The notes below the pieces were generated by a model. It saw only the letters and a program-made list of their open reading frames with translations. It did no database searches and was not told the origin of the DNA. DNA of 64,000 bases from Desulfomonilia bacterium (GTDB taxonomy: Bacteria; Desulfobacterota; Desulfomonilia; UBA1062): NCBI GenBank assembly GCA_963664325.2, contig CAXXDQ010000003.1, positions 480,001-544,000 of the forward strand. The letters are read 5' to 3'. The position numbers were made by a program, and so were the translations under genes. Shown piece by piece: positions 1 through 10,621 of this stretch (position 1 is the first letter of the stretch; each line of letters opens with the position of its first letter).

Positions 1-396
1 AACGAGGGAAGACGGTTTGCACTCGGGGTCATGCCGAACGGTCCTTATGTTACTGTCGAAAAACTAGGAGATGAGCTGTTTTATCTCGGAAAAGGACTGC
101 TTAACCCGGATGTGACATTCCTTTTTAAGAACCTGGATGCAGCGGTTCCGGTATTCACAGGCCTTATGAGTTCTCACCAGGCGGTTGCTGAATGCAAGGT
201 CATGATCCAGGGAAACAATTCATTTGCCATGGAAACGAACAGGGCTCTGGCGATTGTTCTGGCAAACCTGTTTCCGGTAAGTGTTTTCAGCCATCTTTTC
301 AAAGATAAACCAAAGATGGGTGTTAAGCAGTATATTAACAAAGGCAAGGTTTATATGACGATATTGCCGGCTTTTTTGAAGCATATGCTCTCATAA
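1..396 (+). CDS. 5'-truncated hypothetical protein, possibly SCP2-like fold, upstream of Fe-ADH
   Basis: Frame is open from base 1 (NEGRRFALGVMPNGP...). Stop lies 21 nt before the ADH start. The fold guess is weak. Confidence 0.6.
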   Translation, partial: NEGRRFALGVMPNGPYVTVEKLGDELFYLGKGLLNPDVTFLFKNLDAAVPVFTGLMSSHQAVAECKVMIQGNNSFAMETNRALAIVLANLFPVSVFSHLFKDKPKMGVKQYINKGKVYMTILPAFLKHMLS

Positions 397-417
397 TTAA
401 AGAAAGGAGATAAAATT

Positions 418-1593
418 ATGTTACCAAAATACTATCAGTTTTTCTGCCCGGTAAAAATTCTTTCCGGGGCAAGCGCTGTATCAAATATTCCGTTCGAAAT
501 GTCTGTAATGGGCTGCAAAAGGGCCATGATTGTTACTGATAAGGGTGTTGCTGGTGCAGGCCTGATCAATATCATTAAAGCTGCCTTCGGTGACAAAGAC
601 AGGGAAATCGGATACGTCTTTGACGAAACACCAGCTGATTCAAGCAACCGCGTTGTCAACAAACTTGCGAAACTTTATGAAGAGAAAAAATGTGACTGTT
701 TCATGGCAGTAGGCGGCGGCAGCGCCATGGATACTGCAAAGGGTGCAAATATTGTCGTATCTGAAGGTTCCGACGACCTTCTCAAACTGCAGGGAGTTGA
801 AAATATTAAAAACCAGCTCAAGCCCATGATTGCGGTTCCGACGACAGCCGGTACAGGTTCTGAAGTCACAAAGGCTGCGGTCATCTACAACGAGGAAGCA
901 AACTGCAAGATGGCATTCATGTCGGATAAGCTTTATTTCAATGTTGCTGTACTCGATCCTGCAATGACGGCAACAATGCCTCCGAAAATAACTGCCGCAA
1001 CAGGAATGGATGCCCTTACCCATGCAATGGAAGCTTATACATGCCTTCAGAAAAACCCGGTTGACGATGCATTTGCAAAGGGAGGAATTGAACTTATCCG
1101 CAAGTATCTTGTAAGGGCGACCGAGAATGGAAATGATAAAGAGGCCAGAATAGGTATGGCTAATGCGGCCTTGCTTGCCGGCATAGCGTTTTCGAACTCA
1201 ATGGTCGGCCTTGTTCATTCCCTGGCGCATGCATCAGGCGGTGCATGCCACGTCCCGCATGGCGTGGCAAATGGAATATTACTGCCCTGGGTGCTTGAAT
1301 ACAATATAGATGTTGTGCCTGAATACATTGCCGAACTTTCGGCCCCTCTTGGAGGGTCCGGTGAATATCTTGGACCTAAAGAACAGTCGATGGTGACTGT
1401 CAGCATGGTCAGGAATCTGCTTGTGAAACTGAACCAGGTTTCAGGATTGCCGATAAGACTGCGTGATGCAGGTGTTACAGAAGATAAACTGTCTGCCATT
1501 GCAAGGCTTGCTATAAACGATGGTTCATTAACCTATAATCCCAAAGACGCAACATACGAGCAGGCACTCGAAATCCTTAAAAAGGCATTTTGA
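418..1593 (+). CDS. Iron-containing alcohol dehydrogenase
   Basis: GGGSAMD, PTTAGTGSE, GMDALTHAME, HSLAH and HG motifs; AGGAG RBS. Confidence 0.93.
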   Translation: MLPKYYQFFCPVKILSGASAVSNIPFEMSVMGCKRAMIVTDKGVAGAGLINIIKAAFGDKDREIGYVFDETPADSSNRVVNKLAKLYEEKKCDCFMAVGGGSAMDTAKGANIVVSEGSDDLLKLQGVENIKNQLKPMIAVPTTAGTGSEVTKAAVIYNEEANCKMAFMSDKLYFNVAVLDPAMTATMPPKITAATGMDALTHAMEAYTCLQKNPVDDAFAKGGIELIRKYLVRATENGNDKEARIGMANAALLAGIAFSNSMVGLVHSLAHASGGACHVPHGVANGILLPWVLEYNIDVVPEYIAELSAPLGGSGEYLGPKEQSMVTVSMVRNLLVKLNQVSGLPIRLRDAGVTEDKLSAIARLAINDGSLTYNPKDATYEQALEILKKAF

Positions 1594-1597
1594 TAAT

Positions 1598-1631
1598 AGA
1601 AGGCTGTAGTTTTCAGCAGCTTTCTTTATTG
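1598..1631 (+). terminator. Probable intrinsic terminator after ADH
   Basis: AGAAGGCTG/CAGCTTTCT stem followed by a T-rich tract. Confidence 0.5.
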
Positions 1632-1738
1632 TTGTTAATTATAGAAATACACTGGTCTTTATTTGACTATTAGTGTAGGGTTGAGGCTCAAAATTGATGT
1701 CAAGAAAACATAAAGATTGTGTGGAAAGGATCTAAGCC

Positions 1739-2959
1739 ATGTCAGTTAACGTCACAAAAGAAAACATAAGAAACGCCCTTGAATTTACCGATGAAATTGT
1801 GAAAAAATTTCCCCATAGACTTGTAGGCACACCGGCTTGCGATAATGCAGGTATTCGCATTGAAGAGGAGTTTAAAAAGAACTGCGATCCCGGAACTGTC
1901 AGAAGGGTTCCATTTAGTCTCAATCCCAGGTCTTTTCTGAAGTATTTCAGGCCGGTGATCGGGTTGTATGCGGCAGCCGTTGCAGCAGTCCATCTCAGAA
2001 AACCGAGAATTGCAATGGGAATTCTCAGCGGTGTTTTAAGCGTTTTCGTTTCTCAGTTCATGTTCTACAAAAAAATATTTGACCCGCTTTTTCCAAAAGC
2101 GACCGGCTATAATGTCTATGGAACGCTCGAGCCGGAAGGCGAGGTGAAACAGCAGATAATATTGAGCGGACATCATGATGCCGCCTATGTATTCCATTAT
2201 CTCGAACTAAGTCCGAGGTTTTATCCATTATTTGTGATTGTACCGATTGTATTCTTTTTTCTTGCGATTATTTTTGCATCATTCATGAGCCTTACCAGAA
2301 GAAATCCGGCTTGGATGAAAAAAGTCATGACGTACGGCATTGCCGGGGTTCTTCCTCTCTGGTGGTTCACAACTGAAAAGGTCTCACCAGGGGCCGGGGA
2401 TAATATGATAGCAACAGCGGTTGCCAATGAAGCCACAAAGATGTTTGCGGACCTTAAGAAACAGGGCAAGAATGCATTGAAACATACTAGAATAATCTGC
2501 CTGTCAGTTGACGGTGAGGAATCAGGCCTAAGGGGCGCCATGGCTTATGTAAAAGAAAACCTTGAAGCACTTAAAAAAACCAAGACTTATGTTTTCAATA
2601 TGGACACTCTTTATGATGCTGACAAGCTAATATTTTTCGATAACGATTTGAACCTGACGGTTGATCTGTCAAAAGAGATGGCCAACGAATGCAAGGATAT
2701 AGCGACATCACTCGGATATAAGGCAAAAGTTTCAAAAATGCCATGGGGGGGAGGCAGTACGGATGCAGCGGCCTTCGGCCAGAAAGGGATAGAAGCCACG
2801 AACCTTATTGCCATGGAGCTCAATCCGGCAAAGCTCGAGGGAGATATGGTCTATCATACGAGCAAGGACACCACTGATCATATTCATCCCGAAGTTGTCG
2901 AACAGACACTGAATATAATTAAGGAATATATTTTAAGGAAAGACAGGCAGGTATCCTGA
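1739..2959 (+). CDS. Membrane-associated M28-family metallopeptidase
   Basis: GHHD, GAGDN, GEESGL, NMD, STD and YHT zinc motifs; internal TM segments. Confidence 0.85.
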   Translation: MSVNVTKENIRNALEFTDEIVKKFPHRLVGTPACDNAGIRIEEEFKKNCDPGTVRRVPFSLNPRSFLKYFRPVIGLYAAAVAAVHLRKPRIAMGILSGVLSVFVSQFMFYKKIFDPLFPKATGYNVYGTLEPEGEVKQQIILSGHHDAAYVFHYLELSPRFYPLFVIVPIVFFFLAIIFASFMSLTRRNPAWMKKVMTYGIAGVLPLWWFTTEKVSPGAGDNMIATAVANEATKMFADLKKQGKNALKHTRIICLSVDGEESGLRGAMAYVKENLEALKKTKTYVFNMDTLYDADKLIFFDNDLNLTVDLSKEMANECKDIATSLGYKAKVSKMPWGGGSTDAAAFGQKGIEATNLIAMELNPAKLEGDMVYHTSKDTTDHIHPEVVEQTLNIIKEYILRKDRQVS

Positions 2960-3211
2960 CAAAGTCCATATTGTTTGATGTGTAAATTTTATGACTAAGT
3001 AAAATATCAGACTTGAGTCTGCTCTTGCCTTTGAATGGCAATCTATAATTTTTCATAACTTGGTCGGTCCTGGATCAATTAATTTCAAACTGACCCACAG
3101 CTGAAATATGAGTTTCTTTGCAGGCTATCGTATGATATAATAAAACCGTATCAAATAATTTTTTATGGCTGTGTTTCTGAATACTATACAACTATGCAGG
3201 AGGCTCACAAC

Positions 3212-4723
3212 ATGAAAAAATCAAAGGTGATATTTTTAATAGGTACAGTGTTTGTCTTCTTTCCCCTTGTATCTGGAGCAGCAATCATCCAGCGGCATCT
3301 TGTGGGAGATTCGACCATCAACACTGATGCAAAATCACATACCGGTTACAATATTTCCATAACAAGTTTTGCTCACACGACAGACGTACACCTGGTTGAT
3401 GAGGGAAATCCACTGAGGGCCGATGAACTTGCAATAATGATTCAAAAGGACCCGCTCAGGCTCTTTGAGCTGCAGAAGTATATCGAGCTTTTCCATGACT
3501 CAAATCACTATGAAGACGGAATTTATTCGGCGCTGATCTGGGAGTCTGTTGTTGAAGCAATAAATGATGAGAATAAAAACAGCAGACTCGATTTTCTCAT
3601 TTCAACAGGAGATCATACAGATTCATGCATCAAGAATGAACTCCAGTGGTTTGTAGATATACTGGATGGTGTTGCTCCTGCGGACTTCGAAAATCATGTG
3701 AACAAAGAAGGACTGAGGACTATCAAGCCGAATCCGGTCGGCCTGGATATTCCCTGGTATGGGGCCATTGGAAACCATGATGCTGAATACATGGGCGCAT
3801 TCAATAACGACGGTTTTGTCACATTGCTCATCAAACTTCTGGGATATGAGGTGGATCCTTCAGATATAGGAGGTCTCAGCTATGCTATTGAAACATACTC
3901 GAGCTCAGTCAAAGCATTGACTACAAGTCCCGAAGGGCATGGCTTTACCGGAATAAAAACAAACGGATACTATGCATTTGATCCTTCGCCTTTCATCCAC
4001 TGCATTGTTATGAACACCGCATATTACTACGGTGCAAAATATGGCCTTCCTATGGAAACGCTTGCTGGTGGAGTACTTGACCTTAAACAATTTGACTGGG
4101 TAAAAAGCGAGATTGAAAAAAATCCTGACAAGCTCTGTATTCTGATATCACACCACTCCCCTGACAATTTCAAGGAATTGAACCAGAACGTCAGCCAAAA
4201 CTATGTGAGCGCAGATGCAATGAGGGCGGCACTGGTTAAATATGATAATGTCATTGCGCATGTGGTTGGACATACGCATGGAAACACCATTACCCCGGTA
4301 ACAGACGGAAACTCCGGCTACTGGCAGATTATCACGGCAAGCAGCTTCACTTATCCCCAGGAATGGCGCAGAATAACGGTAAAAGACAATGGAGACGGGA
4401 CCGGTACGATATCCTGCAGGATTAAAGGGCATCAGCCGGTTTATACTACCACCTATGACCCCAGGTATCCTGTAGGAACAGATACATACTATCTTTCGCT
4501 TTTCGAAGAGGGGAATATGGATCACCGGGGCGAAGATACCGACAGGGATGCAGACCTCTATTTTAAAATTCCCGATGCTGTAGCTGCGAATATTAAAGCC
4601 AACTATGTACCGCCGACAAATACAGCAACTACATCTGAAAATGCGACTCAGTCAGCGGAGGCTGCATCAGATTCCGGCAGCAGTTCGGGCGGCGGGTGTT
4701 TCATTTCGACAGCTGTTCTTTAA
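3212..4723 (+). CDS. Secreted calcineurin-like metallophosphoesterase with Ser/Thr linker and C-terminal GGGCFISTA tail
   Basis: Signal peptide; DVH, GDHTD, GNHD, HH and GHTH motifs; AGGAGG RBS before 3212. Confidence 0.85.
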   Translation: MKKSKVIFLIGTVFVFFPLVSGAAIIQRHLVGDSTINTDAKSHTGYNISITSFAHTTDVHLVDEGNPLRADELAIMIQKDPLRLFELQKYIELFHDSNHYEDGIYSALIWESVVEAINDENKNSRLDFLISTGDHTDSCIKNELQWFVDILDGVAPADFENHVNKEGLRTIKPNPVGLDIPWYGAIGNHDAEYMGAFNNDGFVTLLIKLLGYEVDPSDIGGLSYAIETYSSSVKALTTSPEGHGFTGIKTNGYYAFDPSPFIHCIVMNTAYYYGAKYGLPMETLAGGVLDLKQFDWVKSEIEKNPDKLCILISHHSPDNFKELNQNVSQNYVSADAMRAALVKYDNVIAHVVGHTHGNTITPVTDGNSGYWQIITASSFTYPQEWRRITVKDNGDGTGTISCRIKGHQPVYTTTYDPRYPVGTDTYYLSLFEEGNMDHRGEDTDRDADLYFKIPDAVAANIKANYVPPTNTATTSENATQSAEAASDSGSSSGGGCFISTAVL

Positions 4724-4737
4724 TCCTAAGTTGCCTG

Positions 4738-4767
4738 CCAAAGGACGTGTTTAAACACGTCCTTTGG
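4738..4767. terminator. Perfect 30-bp palindrome, likely bidirectional terminator
   Basis: CCAAAGGACGTGTTT/AAACACGTCCTTTGG between convergent genes. Confidence 0.7.
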
Positions 4768-4799
4768 TTTGTTTCTAAATGATTCAGCCATTCAGGAAC

Positions 4800-6308
4800 T
4801 CAACCGTTTGAAGGCATACGTTTTTTCCTGCATATATTTACTGCAGAAAATACTGCGGCAAGTATGCATAGGAGCCCGCCTGCCAGGTATGCATGGCCGA
4901 ATGCACTGTTGATACCTTCTCTGAACCCGGGGTTTGATGCAATATTTGTTGTGATAGATCCCTGATGAGGCGGCAGGGACATCGAGAAAACGGTTTCAAA
5001 CACTGCAACTCCCAGTGCAGTCCCGATTGTGATAAGTGCATTGTAGCTGCCGGAGGCCACCCCCTTTTTGTTCTCGGCGGGAAGTGACATCACATAGTTA
5101 TTGTTTGGAGAAAAGAAAAACGCAAATGATATGCCCATCCAGATCAGGAAAATAATAGATATGACAACGCCGTTCAATCCAAGGAGAAATGAAAAGACTA
5201 TTGATGCGGTAGCTGATGAAGACATTCCAAGGGCACTTAAGAGAGGAGGTTGTATTTTATCAGAGGCCCTGCCTGTTACCGGGCTTACAAATATATAAAC
5301 AACCGAGTAGCTCATGAGAATAATACCTGCATAAAGCGAATTCAGTCCCCTTGAGTATTCAAGGTAAAAAGGCATTATAAAGGAGCTTCCGCCCAGTAAT
5401 GCCAGCGCAAAAAAGGCGGATATGTTCGTGTTAAGAAACCTTGAGTCTTTGTATATCCCAAAGTCGAATAACGGTGCTGATGTAAACTTTTCCCAGAAAT
5501 AAAAAGCAGTCAGGATAATGATTGAGGCGGCAAATAATGAAAGAACCATACCTGATTTCCAGCCGGCTTTGTGCCCAATATTTATTGCATACATCAGCAT
5601 GGAAATCCCTATAAAGCTCAGGATTGTCCCGGGGATGTCGTAATCCTTTATACTGCCTCTAGACTTAATGGTTTCTTCGCCGGAAGGAAGCATTTTAACT
5701 GCAAGGATAATCGCAATAACACCGATAGGGGCATTGATGAAGAATATCCAGTGCCAGGAAAAGTATTGCACTATCAGACCGCCTACAGGCGCACCTACGG
5801 CAATACCGAGAGCAGCGCCCATGGACATTATCCCGAATGCCCAGCCGTTTATCTCCTTCGGGATGATTTTGGGCACAACCGCGTATGCTGCAGATACAAG
5901 CATTGCACCGCCCAGACCCTGTATCAGTCGGAAAAAGACAAGCATATTGATGCCCGATGAAAGTCCGCACATCAATGAACACAAAGTGAACAGGACATAA
6001 CCTGAAATAAAAATCTTCTTCTGCCCGAATCTGTCGCCGAGTTTGCCGAAGAAAAGCAATGTGCTTGTTCCTGCAAGTAAATAGATAATCACTATACGGG
6101 AGACAATATCTACTGACGTCTTAAAATACCTGGCGATTCCGGGAAGTGATATGTTCACAATATAAACATCGAGCTTGGACATGAAAGCGGCAAACATCAC
6201 GCTTATTACAATCCAGATAAAGCGCTTTCGGAGCAGCTTTATCTGTTCGGGGGTCAGTACATCATTATTTTCCATGGTCATATACTCGACAAATTTTATT
6301 TTTAACAT
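4800..6308 (-). CDS. DHA2/EmrB-type 14-TMS MFS efflux transporter (start may be 6281)
   Basis: LDVYIVNISLP, GKLGDRFGQKK, RLIQGLGG and WHWIFFINAPIG motifs. Confidence 0.9.
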   Translation of the reverse strand: MLKIKFVEYMTMENNDVLTPEQIKLLRKRFIWIVISVMFAAFMSKLDVYIVNISLPGIARYFKTSVDIVSRIVIIYLLAGTSTLLFFGKLGDRFGQKKIFISGYVLFTLCSLMCGLSSGINMLVFFRLIQGLGGAMLVSAAYAVVPKIIPKEINGWAFGIMSMGAALGIAVGAPVGGLIVQYFSWHWIFFINAPIGVIAIILAVKMLPSGEETIKSRGSIKDYDIPGTILSFIGISMLMYAINIGHKAGWKSGMVLSLFAASIIILTAFYFWEKFTSAPLFDFGIYKDSRFLNTNISAFFALALLGGSSFIMPFYLEYSRGLNSLYAGIILMSYSVVYIFVSPVTGRASDKIQPPLLSALGMSSSATASIVFSFLLGLNGVVISIIFLIWMGISFAFFFSPNNNYVMSLPAENKKGVASGSYNALITIGTALGVAVFETVFSMSLPPHQGSITTNIASNPGFREGINSAFGHAYLAGGLLCILAAVFSAVNICRKKRMPSNG

Positions 6309-6423
6309 TAAACCGGTTTTGCATGCTGTTACCGTCCGCTGCTTGTTATTGGGTGATTTGTCCCTTTACAATCTGTGTAGGGATGCGATACGTGCAAAAG
6401 GATTTCATCTTTAAGGAGAGGAT

Positions 6424-7659
6424 ATGGATCTTAGGGAAAGGGCATTGGTTTTTCATAAAGAGAATGAGGGCAAGATAGCACTTCACTGCAAGGTGCCGGT
6501 TAAAACAAGGGAAGACATGACACTGGCTTATACACCCGGTGTGGCAGAACCCTGTCTGGAAATACAGAAGGATTATAATACAATCTATGATTACACATCC
6601 AAGGGCAATTGGGTGGCTGTAGTGACAAACGGTACGGCAGTACTCGGGCTCGGAGACATCGGGGCCGGCGCCGGGCTGCCTGTAATGGAAGGCAAGGCAG
6701 TTCTCTTCAAGTCTTTTGCAGCAGTTGACGCATTTCCGATTTGCATAGACACGAAAGATGTCGGGAAAATAATAGAAACCGTAAAACTTATAGAGCCGAC
6801 ATTCGGCGGTATTAATCTTGAGGATATAAAGGCACCTGAATGCTTTGAGGTCGAAGAAAGGCTCAAACAGATATGCAATATCCCGGTATTCCACGATGAT
6901 CAGCATGGAACTGCCATTGTCGCGCTTGCGGGTATAATCAATGCACTGAAAATTGTCGGCAAGAAATTTCCCGATATAAAAGTTGTAATAAGCGGGGCCG
7001 GTGCGTCAGGCACATCTGTAACGAAACTGCTTATGAAGTATGGTACAAGAAATATAATCGCGTGTGACCGGAAGGGGGCACTCTGCCATGGTGAAACAAC
7101 AGACCCGGTCAAGTCAAGGCTTGCAGCAATCACCAATCCGGACAGGGAAAAGGGCTGTCTTGCAGATGTCATAAAAGGCGCCGATGTGTTAATCGGGCTT
7201 TCCGCAGCCGGTCTTGTAACGACAGGTATGGTTAAAACAATGAGCAGGGATGCAATAATTTTTGCAATGGCTAATCCGGTACCTGAGATCATGCCTGATG
7301 ATGCCAGAAAGGGCGGTGCGATGGTAATTGGAACAGGCCGTTCCGATTTCCCGAACCAGATAAACAATGTCCTTGCCTTTCCGGGTATATTCCGGGGAGC
7401 GCTTGATGTCAGGGCAAGCGATATAAATGAAGATATGAAACTCGCCGCCGCAGAGGCGATTGCATCTGTTGCCCAGTCTGACGGCATAAACAGTGAATAT
7501 GTAATTCCGCAGGCATTTGACATGAGGATTGCGCCTGCTGTCGCATCAGCCGCGGCCAGAGCCGCAATCGAAACCGGCGTTGCACGCAGAAAGGATATAA
7601 CACCTGAGATGATAAAGGAAAAAACGATAAGGATGCTTGCCGAACTGGATAAGCAATAG
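6424..7659 (+). CDS. NAD(P)-dependent malic enzyme
   Basis: YTPGVA, VMEGKAVLFK, NLEDI, FHDDQHGTA and NQINNVLAFPG motifs. Confidence 0.95.
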   Translation: MDLRERALVFHKENEGKIALHCKVPVKTREDMTLAYTPGVAEPCLEIQKDYNTIYDYTSKGNWVAVVTNGTAVLGLGDIGAGAGLPVMEGKAVLFKSFAAVDAFPICIDTKDVGKIIETVKLIEPTFGGINLEDIKAPECFEVEERLKQICNIPVFHDDQHGTAIVALAGIINALKIVGKKFPDIKVVISGAGASGTSVTKLLMKYGTRNIIACDRKGALCHGETTDPVKSRLAAITNPDREKGCLADVIKGADVLIGLSAAGLVTTGMVKTMSRDAIIFAMANPVPEIMPDDARKGGAMVIGTGRSDFPNQINNVLAFPGIFRGALDVRASDINEDMKLAAAEAIASVAQSDGINSEYVIPQAFDMRIAPAVASAAARAAIETGVARRKDITPEMIKEKTIRMLAELDKQ

Positions 7660-7785
7660 AACTTGCAAATAACGGGTAGTATATACCGGTTAAAAGGTTT
7701 AGGATGTACTATAATCTCGCTGCTGTAATTCCATCTGGCATGCATGTGAATATATAAACATCAGAATATATGAGGAGCTTTCAAG

Positions 7786-8652
7786 ATGAAGGATCATTAT
7801 AAAAAAACAATAATGCCATTGATGCTGTTTTTTGTGGTCCTGTTTGTTTTTGCATGTGTGCCGCCGGTATACACGCCTACGGAAAATGTGACCATCGATG
7901 CCTGCCTTAGCGATCCGGAATGCACTCAGAAATTGACAGTGGCCCATCGCGGAACAGGCAGTCTAAGCTTCTACGGGCCGGAAAACACTCTGGCCGCATA
8001 TGACATTGCCTGGAAAATGGGTGCTGACAGTGTTGAGATAGATGTCCGCAGCACTAAAGACGGCGAACTTGTAATCATGCACGATGAGACGGTCAATAGA
8101 ACTACTGACGGCAAAGGCAAAGTCTCGGATCTAACACTTGCCGAGATAAAAGCCTTTAAAGTAAGGTCGACAAACCTGTCACTGCCAGTCCAGCAGGTCC
8201 CGACCCTCAGGGAGGTGATGGCATTCCTGAAGGGTAAGACTATGGTCTATGTCGACATGAAAACGACGGACATCGTTAAACTTGTGGGGATCATACAGGA
8301 AGAGGGTATGATTGATTCGGCTTACCTTCTTATTAACAGTGTTGCCGAGGGTTATGCCGCACGATCCCAGAACGAATATGTTTCACTTCTTGCTGCTATC
8401 AAGACAAAAGATCAGGCGCAGGAATTTATTGATGCCCTGAATCCAATTGTTATGTTTGAGATGCTTTATGATGATGCCACACCTGATGTGGTAGATTTTA
8501 TACATTCTAAGGGAATAAAAATTCACATGGATGCGCTCGGCGAGTTTGATGTGCTCGGGAAATGCGGTTTCAGAATCATGCTGGACAGGGGTGTAGACTC
8601 GATACAGAGCGACAGGATTGACATACTTGTTCCATACCTGAGAGGACTGTAA
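7786..8652 (+). CDS. Glycerophosphodiester phosphodiesterase family lipoprotein
   Basis: VFAC lipobox; AHRG, PENTLAA, EIDV and IMHD motifs. Confidence 0.9.
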   Translation: MKDHYKKTIMPLMLFFVVLFVFACVPPVYTPTENVTIDACLSDPECTQKLTVAHRGTGSLSFYGPENTLAAYDIAWKMGADSVEIDVRSTKDGELVIMHDETVNRTTDGKGKVSDLTLAEIKAFKVRSTNLSLPVQQVPTLREVMAFLKGKTMVYVDMKTTDIVKLVGIIQEEGMIDSAYLLINSVAEGYAARSQNEYVSLLAAIKTKDQAQEFIDALNPIVMFEMLYDDATPDVVDFIHSKGIKIHMDALGEFDVLGKCGFRIMLDRGVDSIQSDRIDILVPYLRGL

Positions 8653-8818
8653 ACAATATAACTCTTCCGAGCTTTTTTAATAGAACAAGTTTAATAAGGA
8701 ACACGAACTGACTTCTCTTTAAACTTGTTAAACCATTACAATCCAGGTTCCACTTGAAAATTTTAACTAACCGGATATTATTATCTATTACGGTTTTTAC
8801 TTTTAATTGGAGGTTGTT

Positions 8819-10492
8819 ATGGGAAAGAACCAGTGGCTGTATATAGTCTTATCCTTGGCAATAATCTTTATCACCAGCGGTTGTCCAAAACCTGATTATA
8901 AAGGCACATCCCTGATCCCAGGCCCTCTTGAACAAGGCTATGATGCGGTACTTGAGAAAAAGGCCGAAAGATATGACAGGCAGCACCTGATCTTTAACTG
9001 TGCCGGAAACGGCATAAACAATGATGTGGGTGTTCCAATTGAGAATATTGCAGACAGGCAGCTCATTGCCGATTTCCTGCAGAAAACAGACAGCTGGGAT
9101 TTCCCCGGCTATTCAGGGAAGGAAGTGTTCGACGTAATTCCGGATTATCAGATGACTGCAGGGCTCTATGCAGGTGTAGGTATTGCTGCTGATGCATACA
9201 GGTATGCGGTGTTAAGGGATTCGGGCTATTCCCAGACGGATGTCGACAGGGCAAGGCAGTTCTTGAAAAGGGATATAGAAGGCCTTTTTGTAGCGGTAGA
9301 AATTACAGGTGTCGAAGGGGTGATTGCCCGTGGATTCTGCAGGACGGATATTCCGACTTCATATAAGACTGCTGTGACAACACCACTCTTTGATTCAAAC
9401 GGCAATCCTCTTCCGGAAGTTAAAAACAATGGTACATTAAGGAGCGACAATTCCGTCGGTGGAAAGCTGCCCAATTATGTATGGACGGACTCCTGCAGTC
9501 GAGATCAATATATAGGATGGGCAACTGCATTTGCAGCAATATGGGAAGCTATCAGGGAAGATGCATCGTTTCCAGGGGAAACAAAAGACAAGCTTCAACT
9601 CTATGCAAGTCAGCTCGGACATTCTCTCATGGTCAAGCGTTACGGAGGTCCTGGCAGCAACGGAAAGGCATTTGACCTGGAAATATTCGATGCCGACGGC
9701 CGCACGACCTTCCACGGATACATCAACGAAAACAACTGGGACAGGATTTACCTTGCATGGCTGCCCATAAAAGACGGCTTTTATTCACTGATGTCACTTG
9801 GTATTGTTGCAGCGCTGGCTTACTGTTCCGAAGATGCCGAGCTTGATGATTATCTTTATGATGAACTTGTTGCCCGGAGGCATCTTGATGATATCATAGT
9901 CTCAAATGTTCTTGGATACAATCTTGACATAATAACCAATTACAGCGCCACGAATATGGCATTTCAGGGGGCGCTGCTGGCTGGCAGGTATATCAGCGAT
10001 GAAAAAGTGAGAAACAAGGTGAGATGTGCGACCACACTGCACCTCTACAATACCGGCATCTCCCATACAAAACCAAGGGAATATTCATACAGTCTCTATG
10101 ATTTTGTTTATGCCGCCAACTATTCCGGCGCCTCCGCTTTCAACAAGATGAAACAGGCTCCCGACTTCGAAGCCGTGGGCAGGGGCATTAATACCCTTTA
10201 CGAATTCCATGAGCCGCCATACTGGGATGAAACTATTATCAACTGCGATGATGCTGAGATTGCCAGCGGCGAGTGCACATTGAACGACGGCACCAAGGTT
10301 AAAGTCCTGGGCAATATCGGAAGGAATGGTGATCTGATAACTGACAAGCCGATTCCTCAGAGGGTAAGGCCGCCGAGCAATTACCACTGGCGTTCGAATC
10401 CTTACATACCCAACGGCGGCGGCAACGGCGGCTGCCTGCTGCCGGGCGTAGATTTTCGTTTTGCTTACTGGTTCGGCAGGTTCGTTAAATAA
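8819..10492 (+). CDS. Uncharacterised lipoprotein
   Basis: Long ORF, TSGC lipobox, GGAGG RBS. Confidence 0.75.
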   Translation: MGKNQWLYIVLSLAIIFITSGCPKPDYKGTSLIPGPLEQGYDAVLEKKAERYDRQHLIFNCAGNGINNDVGVPIENIADRQLIADFLQKTDSWDFPGYSGKEVFDVIPDYQMTAGLYAGVGIAADAYRYAVLRDSGYSQTDVDRARQFLKRDIEGLFVAVEITGVEGVIARGFCRTDIPTSYKTAVTTPLFDSNGNPLPEVKNNGTLRSDNSVGGKLPNYVWTDSCSRDQYIGWATAFAAIWEAIREDASFPGETKDKLQLYASQLGHSLMVKRYGGPGSNGKAFDLEIFDADGRTTFHGYINENNWDRIYLAWLPIKDGFYSLMSLGIVAALAYCSEDAELDDYLYDELVARRHLDDIIVSNVLGYNLDIITNYSATNMAFQGALLAGRYISDEKVRNKVRCATTLHLYNTGISHTKPREYSYSLYDFVYAANYSGASAFNKMKQAPDFEAVGRGINTLYEFHEPPYWDETIINCDDAEIASGECTLNDGTKVKVLGNIGRNGDLITDKPIPQRVRPPSNYHWRSNPYIPNGGGNGGCLLPGVDFRFAYWFGRFVK

Positions 10493-10621
10493 ATAAAGAT
10501 GTATAATCCTGTGCTGTAACAGCAAAGCGGTATGCAAAAGGCATAACGGCCACGTAATCCGTTATCTCAGGGGACTGCATTGCTCGGCTGCTGGCAGGGC
10601 ATAGCTATTTGGAACAAGTCG

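Noticed and set aside
6900-7745. 281-aa minus-strand ORF
   Set aside because: Antisense to malic enzyme, with no recognisable motifs.
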